Program-made: the position numbers and the translations under genes
Source: Mytilus edulis
Lineage: Eukaryota
Length of the DNA stretch: 64,000 bases
Direction of reading: 5' to 3'
NCBI RefSeq assembly: GCF_963676685.1
Contig: NC_092355.1
Coordinates: 81,158,001 to 81,222,000, forward strand
Notes under the pieces: model-generated
The model's database searches: none
Seen by the model: only the letters and a program-made list of their open reading frames with translations
What the model was told of the DNA's origin: nothing
In this document: positions 63,501 through 64,000 of the stretch, piece after piece
How positions within the stretch are numbered: position 1 is the stretch's first letter
How the letters are laid out: every line of letters begins with the position of its first letter

Positions 63501-63743
63501 TAATAACTTGAGTGAATAATGTTTTTACACCATTTACATTCTGACAAAAAGGTCTTCTTTTCATGACAGGTGCTGTTGCTGGTCTAGCTGATCAGCCATT
63601 ACAAAATCTGATGTCACGAAGTGAGAGTGAAGGTCAAAGGTCAGCTGCCACAGAATTAGTATCAGGTGTCGGAAAAGGACTTGTGGGAGTGTTTACCAAG
63701 CCTATTGGTGGTGCAGCAGAATTCTTTTCCCAGACAGGTCAAG
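331..63743 (+). CDS. VPS13B: VPS13B/COH1 orthologue (bridge-like lipid transfer protein), partial gene, 35 coding exons in window
   Basis: Spliced translation contains motifs I recognise from VPS13B: LAMHYASGALFRAG-IVVGSLEILGNPTGLVRSIG, SVHASLKVFIASD, YVICNDT..RFGQV.TEENILL, LAAAMRVDSC, PALEWN, VCGHALEMN, GVGKGLVGVFTKPIGGAAE. All exons are GT-AG bounded and phases match across every junction. Confidence 0.93.
770..1420 (+). repeat. Degenerate ~83-bp tandem copies of the exon-2 acceptor plus exon start
   Basis: tttcagatagaggttaaaagttgtgctata recurs near 822, 905, 1208, 1287 and at the real acceptor 1371; unrelated insert at ~966-1186. Confidence 0.8.
1377..1599 (+). CDS. VPS13B: VPS13B exon 2, IEVKSCAIFIHQ...EGSLV
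   Basis: tttcag / gtaagg, overlaps ORF 1461..1658, phase 0 to 1. Confidence 0.8.
2224..2441 (+). CDS. VPS13B: VPS13B exon 3, EKLPW...SLGLCLHTDM...SKSQ
   Basis: tacag / gtatat, ORF 2232..2477, phase 1 to 0. Confidence 0.85.
2921..3030. repeat. ~34-bp tandem repeat, 3 copies
   Basis: aaaagactcatcagtcacgatccaatcaaaatcat x3. Confidence 0.85.
3189..3704 (+). mobile_element. Dispersed interspersed repeat (family starting aaagaagatgtggtatgattgccaatgagaca)
   Basis: Near-identical copy at 46986-47278; fragments at ~25960, 43900 (rc), 47545-47945 (rc), 51335/52481. Confidence 0.75.
3729..4065 (+). CDS. VPS13B: VPS13B exon 4, ...KLSLWLQWTLPKL
   Basis: ttgcag / gtaagt, ORF 3723..4112, SLWLQW.LPK motif. 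Confidence 0.88.
4161..4364. mobile_element. ~200-bp TA-flanked MITE (Tc1/mariner-like); related copies at ~35551-35749 and 50472-50667
   Basis: Terminal inverted repeats tactg(t)ggattcat / atgaatccacagta shared by three loci. Confidence 0.7.
4420..8979. repeat. 76-bp minisatellite, 60 near-identical copies
   Basis: Unit ggcaaactatcctgtccacaaaatacttcagtagaaacttttagaccaagagattaaccataatcacatgactaaa; 4560 bp = 60 x 76. Confidence 0.97.
9213..9336 (+). CDS. VPS13B: VPS13B exon 5, ...LSLDVEQVYTKAKVKC
   Basis: ttttag / gtaaaa, phase 1 to 2. Confidence 0.82.
9751..10535 (+). CDS. VPS13B: VPS13B exon 6
   Basis: taccag / gtagtt, ORF 9788..10567 (FLNFTFTRA, PQADNPLPR, ENRQYQID). Confidence 0.9.
10958..11066 (+). 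CDS. VPS13B: VPS13B exon 7, ...QIPALEWN
   Basis: gaacag / gtcaat, phase 1 to 2. Confidence 0.82.
11584..11701 (+). CDS. VPS13B: VPS13B exon 8, ...VAAPAIVY
   Basis: ttgcag / gtatgt, phase 2 to 0. Confidence 0.82.
12243..12885 (+). CDS. VPS13B: VPS13B exon 9, ILVCGHALEMN...
   Basis: tttcag / gtaaaa, ORF 12270..12905. Confidence 0.9.
13297..13431 (+). CDS. VPS13B: VPS13B exon 10, ...WFETRPGKPHPKTGIPPSL
   Basis: atatag / gtaatt, phase 1 to 1. Confidence 0.85.
13806..14083 (+). repeat. 43-bp tandem repeat of the exon-11 acceptor
   Basis: tttatgaatagtattaatataatattttatctttagcaattat, about 6.5 copies. Confidence 0.9.
14077..14244 (+). CDS. VPS13B: VPS13B exon 11, ...RPLKVNFSL
   Basis: ctttag / gtaaag, phase 1 to 1. 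Confidence 0.8.
14292..14694. mobile_element. TTAA-bounded non-autonomous DNA element (Kolobok-like)
   Basis: ttaaaggatgt ... acatccttaa termini. Confidence 0.55.
14727..15257. mobile_element. MITE
   Basis: TIR gagggtggtaaaggg / ccctttaccaccttc, flanked by aattga direct repeat. Confidence 0.65.
17956..19469. mobile_element. Non-autonomous DNA transposon with subterminal ggggcga repeats and a nested repeat insertion (~18195-19103)
   Basis: Imperfect TIRs ggaagcaggacaagtcgcccc / ggggcgatttgtcatggattcc; 8-bp TSD cttcaaat. Confidence 0.7.
20319..20459 (+). CDS. VPS13B: VPS13B exon 12
   Basis: tttcag / gtaggg, inside ORF 20252..20491. Confidence 0.78.
20958..21155 (+). mobile_element. Solo LTR of the BEL/Pao element
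   Basis: 198 bp nearly identical to both LTRs of the downstream element; flanked by ATACT on both sides. Confidence 0.9.
21504..21517 (+). promoter_or_regulatory. Primer binding site complementary to the 3' end of tRNA-His
   Basis: TGGTGCCGTGACCC lies 1 nt after the 5' LTR and directly abuts the gag ATG. Confidence 0.75.
21518..23731 (+). CDS. BEL/Pao Gag (DUF1759-type, CCHC knuckles) plus DUF1758-type aspartic protease
   Basis: KLPKLDLPSFTGD..WQTFWESF, KFSYLKS, C-x2-C-x3-H-x4-C knuckles (CIYCKQSHSSVEC, CYSCFGSHKVSEC) plus CRKCDNKHHPSLC, ILLDEGSQKSF, LIGSDYYW, AVESKLGYLLSGP; no RT, RNase H or integrase core. Confidence 0.92.
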   Translation: MEKLKAIRGGHRSAVTRLINRTKERISQEDIGHEELSAAADNLTKKRNLLESLDSQILDGTELEDMEQEILDADDYAMNMEVAIRRFKDIVSGNKTTPFQQTVSETTYVPIANTLDSSNFPSTSIANHNSNHSENVFTVDNNSVYTNANPTTATNFYHKLPKLDLPSFTGDILTWQTFWESFETTIHHNPSLTNIQKFSYLKSQVHSEAAQCISGLSLSNANYEHAIILLKERYGQTQTIINAYMQNLLELTHPSLTPHSIRVFYDKMESCIRGLESLGQSQDTFGSLLVPIIFGKLPDEMKKLMTRENGKRNWDIRSLREAIGKEMYVQETGNSDKLDSFTPTASFHTTVEPKITTRPQYSINQFKPKTCIYCKQSHSSVECTSVVDRESRLAIIEQKKVCYSCFGSHKVSECRSRFRCRKCDNKHHPSLCDSNKNQEKESVSVSTAKYLPQNTIVSTVESKNDALTCYTSTLNIKPRTDILLKTAISPVWVDDRSATANILLDEGSQKSFISEELAAELQLKPNGTSTVSLAAFGDENRNIRYLDIAVIDLQTQNGKKIPMEVFIVPTIAAPLHNRMPYNAANLPYLSGLTLAHPVSDMDKFRISFLIGSDYYWDIVEDTVIRGPGPTAVESKLGYLLSGPMKDSAGPTSSSFMLQHKTEEVDLKRFGKIESMGEVSDNSMKFNKDYFETYHSKSNTMKNNGRIHTFSREPGIMKIHGDRAPSKTEAKLKIQTWT
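25052..25314 (+). CDS. VPS13B: VPS13B exon 13, ...IGQEHI
   Basis: tttcag / gtaagt, ORF 25060..25482. Confidence 0.85.
25776..25905 (+). CDS. VPS13B: VPS13B exon 14, ...DDLRQGQFNYVID
   Basis: weak ttctag acceptor, gtatgt donor, DDLR.G.F.Y motif, phase 0 to 1. Confidence 0.72.
26297..27747. mobile_element. hAT-like non-autonomous element with 6-bp TSD
   Basis: TIR cagtgatcgggaagga / tccttccagatcactg; TGCAAT on both sides. Confidence 0.72.
27791..27972 (+). CDS. VPS13B: VPS13B exon 15, ...MTWCYHQPRVV...TPIPF
   Basis: tttcag / gtaagt, ORF 27778..28047. Confidence 0.85.
27885..29434 (+). repeat. 101-bp tandem array of the exon-15 3' half plus donor (15 donors); remnant resumes at 33627-33706 after the LINE
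   Basis: Donor gtaagt recurs every 101 bp from 27973 to 29387. Confidence 0.95.
29911..30705 (+). CDS. LINE ORF1, SGNH/GDSL esterase-like
   Basis: Block I ILFTDSKG, block III-like IWLGTCE, block V SDGVHP. Confidence 0.75.
   Translation: MSVRKIIKERKKIYQRVRGAHLERDTILFTDSKGVGLKEYIPESTGQKFKVLYKRGGSIDNKKHIKSLIDTVKDLDHPIILIWLGTCEITQKINKTIQFRKSPYQNIEETLTQYRDLKQQIITTKPSATVLFIECPYYSITRANKPKDSINLIVNSKKKTYPSLLVNKATKGYRKVQLATNIDKELSEQIDYFNDHLKLINRLYSTPRISQDFILSNKTKRDTKVKYRKNFNLTSDGVHPIRAVNKLWMLKFIDLALELSEQGC
31522..33579 (+). CDS. LINE ORF2 reverse transcriptase (frame open from ~31281; only the GKSDH tail of the APE endonuclease remains)
   Basis: KSPGPDNLHP, NYRPVSLTS, DFMKAFDTVPH, PQGSVLGPLLF, LFADDTKIF, RRVRGDMIETYK, WNKLP, FKNRLD. 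Confidence 0.95.
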   Translation: MTQIGKKRNVFPIDKKTRELIRRKNILSKKIITKQDPETRAEYNQVRNQAKTSVNKQKKLFEKGLSENAKRNPKAIWSYIKSKSKTREGIGDLHVDTEDVKSEKTDDNKQKAEILSEYFTSVFTNEPQGNIPEPKHIPLDKKIEELNIGTDLVLKHLQKIKTDKSPGPDNLHPRLLFEVKEGIAEPLGIIFSQSLTQKVVPKDWKSALVSAIFKKGNKSQAKNYRPVSLTSVVCKIMEKIIREHIINYMKENKLFSNKQYGFISGRSTSLQLLEVIDKWTEAIDNGYEIDCIYTDFMKAFDTVPHRRLVKKIENFGITNPFLEWITDFLSYRKQRVSVNGETSEWKDVTSGIPQGSVLGPLLFVLYINDLPDCVTSDAYLFADDTKIFRIIESKTDQTILQDDLKNLEKWSDTWLLKFHPEKCKHINISRGVREEKTSYKLLGQDISKCQEEKDIGVVIDEDLTFERHICEKVNKANSTFAAIRRTFKNLNEKIFIPLYKTLVRTHLDYASSVWSPFKKKSIDKIENVQKRATRQIPGFNKMSYPERLKKLKLPTLSYRRVRGDMIETYKILNGNYDPETSSFLKLISSTENRHSTRVNSNKIIHQRFKTSLRKNSFSVRIAKLWNKLPDKVTKAPSINSFKNRLDRYWEYEEIYYSDYRAELTGSSIRNNGDNIQLYESGEEEP
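33880..34070 (+). CDS. VPS13B: VPS13B exon 16, IPCCLQYYD...FELSE
   Basis: ttttag / gtaagt, phase 0 to 2. Confidence 0.85.
34125..35050 (+). repeat. 114-bp tandem array of the exon-17 acceptor plus 5' half
   Basis: AG at 34284, 34398, 34512, 34626, 34740, 34854 and 34968, plus a decayed copy at ~34136. Confidence 0.95.
34969..35135 (+). CDS. VPS13B: VPS13B exon 17, ...LAAAMRVDSC
   Basis: ttccag / gtattt; this is the last and only complete copy of a duplicated acceptor unit. Confidence 0.85.
35768..37591 (+). mobile_element. Helentron-associated non-autonomous element (HINE/DINE-type) with ~502-bp internal tandem repeats
   Basis: 5' gctcacctgg, (cgtc)n microsatellite, over 3 internal units, 3' ggtgagc plus ggctctttagagcc hairpin, T-rich flanks. 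Confidence 0.85.
37668..37804 (+). CDS. VPS13B: VPS13B exon 18
   Basis: tttcag / gtactg, phase 1 to 0. Confidence 0.8.
37947..38295 (+). mobile_element. Dispersed repeat (aataaaattgagaatggaaatggggaatgtgtcaaagagac family); second copy 61697-61864
   Basis: Two alignable copies within the window. Confidence 0.7.
38330..38440 (+). CDS. VPS13B: VPS13B exon 19
   Basis: ttatag / gtaaga, 111 nt open. Confidence 0.75.
39038..39139 (+). CDS. VPS13B: VPS13B exon 20, ...VGQGNVHT
   Basis: tttcag / gtatgg, 102 nt open. Confidence 0.8.
39644..39727 (+). CDS. VPS13B: VPS13B exon 21, YVICNDTSHTVRFGQ
   Basis: tttcag / gtaatc, conserved motif. Confidence 0.87.
39859..40057. repeat. 48-bp tandem repeat, ~4 copies
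   Basis: ttatctgatactatgtgtctctgattcatcattatatattgtattatg. Confidence 0.9.
40080..40220. repeat. ~140-bp foldback palindrome, probably part of a non-autonomous element extending to ~40820
   Basis: catttttcatatcgcatgtattatcagccct ... agggctgataatacatgcgatatgaaaaatg. Confidence 0.8.
40938..41833. repeat. 32-bp minisatellite, ~28 copies
   Basis: taaaactatagatccttgagtatcggtcagat. Confidence 0.95.
41958..42035 (+). CDS. VPS13B: VPS13B exon 22, VGTEENILL...YSWRS
   Basis: ttgaag / gtatga, conserved motif. Confidence 0.87.
42553..43164. mobile_element. MITE with perfect 22-bp TIRs
   Basis: ctagagtggggtgctcattttc / gaaaatgagcaccccactctag. Confidence 0.8.
43431..43583 (+). CDS. VPS13B: VPS13B exon 23, ELHMCLDG..WKWCEAF
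   Basis: ttttag / gtaata, 153 nt open. Confidence 0.85.
44354..44602 (+). CDS. VPS13B: VPS13B exon 24
   Basis: ttacag / gtaagt, ORF 44336..44614. Confidence 0.82.
44751..45786. mobile_element. Tc1/mariner(pogo)-like MITE
   Basis: TA|caatgaaacctgggtaaaccgaac ... gttcggtttggacaggtttcactg|TA. Confidence 0.75.
46183..46768 (+). repeat. 65-bp tandem array of the exon-25 acceptor plus 5' half (9 acceptors)
   Basis: AG every 65 bp from 46204 to 46724. Confidence 0.95.
46725..46805 (+). CDS. VPS13B: VPS13B exon 25, IPCVQESYIHVWCHV
   Basis: last copy of the 65-bp acceptor array continues into unique sequence and a gtaaac donor. Confidence 0.8.
47969..48141 (+). CDS. VPS13B: VPS13B exon 26, VMFCPLYVLRSHLP
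   Basis: ccatag / gtattg, conserved motif, phase 0 to 2. Confidence 0.85.
48284..48985. mobile_element. TTAA-bounded (Kolobok-like) element with a nested palindromic element (48569-48723)
   Basis: ttaaggatgt ... acatccttaa; internal foldback taagaaatgactgtaatattttttctgtct / agacagaaaaaatattacagtcattcctta. Confidence 0.65.
49185..49746. repeat. 28-bp minisatellite, ~19 copies
   Basis: ctagaggattccaaatacctgacaaaaa. Confidence 0.93.
49916..50074 (+). CDS. VPS13B: VPS13B exon 27, ...DKWPY
   Basis: tttcag / gtaagt, phase 2 to 2. Confidence 0.78.
50830..51073 (+). CDS. VPS13B: VPS13B exon 28, ...TLLIDVCPWCLLTN
   Basis: tcacag / gtaatt, ORF 50810..51127. Confidence 0.85.
51401..52480 (+). mobile_element. 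hAT-like MITE with 5-bp TSD (copy 1)
   Basis: TIR cagggatgattcca / tggaatcatccctg, TSD AACAC; splits a dispersed repeat. Confidence 0.85.
53013..54385 (+). repeat. ~90-bp tandem array of the exon-29 acceptor plus 5' part (15 acceptors)
   Basis: ttacag|tcatcctttagtattggt recurs from 53021 to 54327. Confidence 0.95.
54328..54501 (+). CDS. VPS13B: VPS13B exon 29
   Basis: last copy of the 90-bp acceptor array continues into unique coding sequence and a gtaagt donor; phase 0 to 0. Confidence 0.78.
55330..55467 (+). CDS. VPS13B: VPS13B exon 30
   Basis: ttttag / gtagct, 138 nt open, phase 0 to 0. Confidence 0.78.
55620..58021. repeat. 20-bp minisatellite split by MITE copy 2
   Basis: tgatcaataattgtaataac units at 55620-56046 and 57496-58021. 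Confidence 0.9.
56047..57495 (-). mobile_element. hAT-like MITE copy 2 (inverted relative to 51401-52480) with a nested gatatct-rich insert at ~56345-56706
   Basis: Same TIRs, TSD TGTTA, body aligns in reverse complement to copy 1. Confidence 0.85.
58506..58938 (+). CDS. VPS13B: VPS13B exon 31 (3' end ambiguous: in-frame donors after 58938, 59004, 59070, 59136)
   Basis: tttcag acceptor, ORF 58596..59144. Confidence 0.8.
58875..59142 (+). repeat. 66-bp tandem array of the exon-31 3' end plus donor, 4 copies
   Basis: LYNFTTVPIVYGYQNISISRAG x4, each ending GCAG|GTTTGT. Confidence 0.95.
59636..60925 (+). CDS. VPS13B: VPS13B exon 32 (large exon), ...LAMHYASGALFRA
   Basis: ttacag / gttatt, ORF 59626..60951. 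Confidence 0.93.
61161..61416. repeat. G-rich ~10-bp degenerate repeat (ggggtgatct)n
   Basis: Direct inspection. Confidence 0.9.
61970..62146 (+). CDS. VPS13B: VPS13B exon 33, VVGSLEILGNP (ATG2_C-like glycine-rich region)
   Basis: tgacag / gtaatc, ORF 61963..62160. Confidence 0.93.
62165..62607 (+). mobile_element. HINE-like element; a second HINE-like element lies at ~62974-63388
   Basis: 5' gcccca/acccccgc, (gtcc/atcc)n microsatellite, 3' gcggggc/ggggc plus short hairpin. Confidence 0.55.
62669..62839 (+). CDS. VPS13B: VPS13B exon 34, MLTSVTNFASSVSRNMERLS
   Basis: tttcag / gtaggt, ORF 62671..63081. Confidence 0.92.
63570..63743 (+). CDS. VPS13B: VPS13B exon 35, AVAGLADQP...FTKPIGGAAEFFSQTGQ
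   Basis: tgacag / gtaagg, ORF 63563..63781. Confidence 0.92.
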
Positions 63744-64000
63744 GTAAGGTTAAAGGTCAGCTGTCACAGAAGAAGTGTTAGGTTAGTGGTTCTACAGAAT
63801 TCCTGAACCAGACAGGTCAAGGTAAGGTTAGAGGTCAGGTGTTACAGAAGAAGTGTTAGGTTAGTGGTTCTACAGCATTCCTGAACCAGACAGGTCAAGG
63901 TAAGGTTAGAGGTCAGCTGTTACAGAAGAAGTGTTAGGTTAGTGGTTCTACAGAATTCTTTTCCCAGACAGGTCAAGGTAAGGTTAGAGGTCAGGTGTTA
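63716..64000 (+). repeat. 78-bp tandem array of the exon-35 3' end plus donor (at least 4 donors, runs off the window)
   Basis: cagacaggtcaag|gtaagg ending at 63743, 63821, 63899 and 63977. Confidence 0.92.

Overview
AT-rich animal genomic DNA. The repeat families and intron style suggest a bivalve mollusc, probably a Mytilus-like mussel, but this is an inference. The whole window lies inside one + strand gene, a VPS13B (COH1) orthologue. I traced 35 GT-AG coding exons from 331 to 63743. They join with consistent phases (8241 nt, about 2747 codons) and cover the central to C-terminal part of the protein; the start and stop codons lie outside the window. The introns contain minisatellites, MITEs and Helentron-type (HINE) elements. 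They also hold a Gag-protease-only BEL/Pao LTR element with an adjacent recombinant solo LTR, and a CR1/L2-group LINE. Two patterns stand out. (1) The LINE carries 11 hairpins with an invariant G-AAG-C triloop and co-varying stems around an SGNH-esterase ORF1, directly upstream of an RT ORF whose endonuclease is deleted. (2) More than a dozen exon boundaries have been tandemly amplified into arrays of duplicate splice acceptors or donors, several of them in frame.
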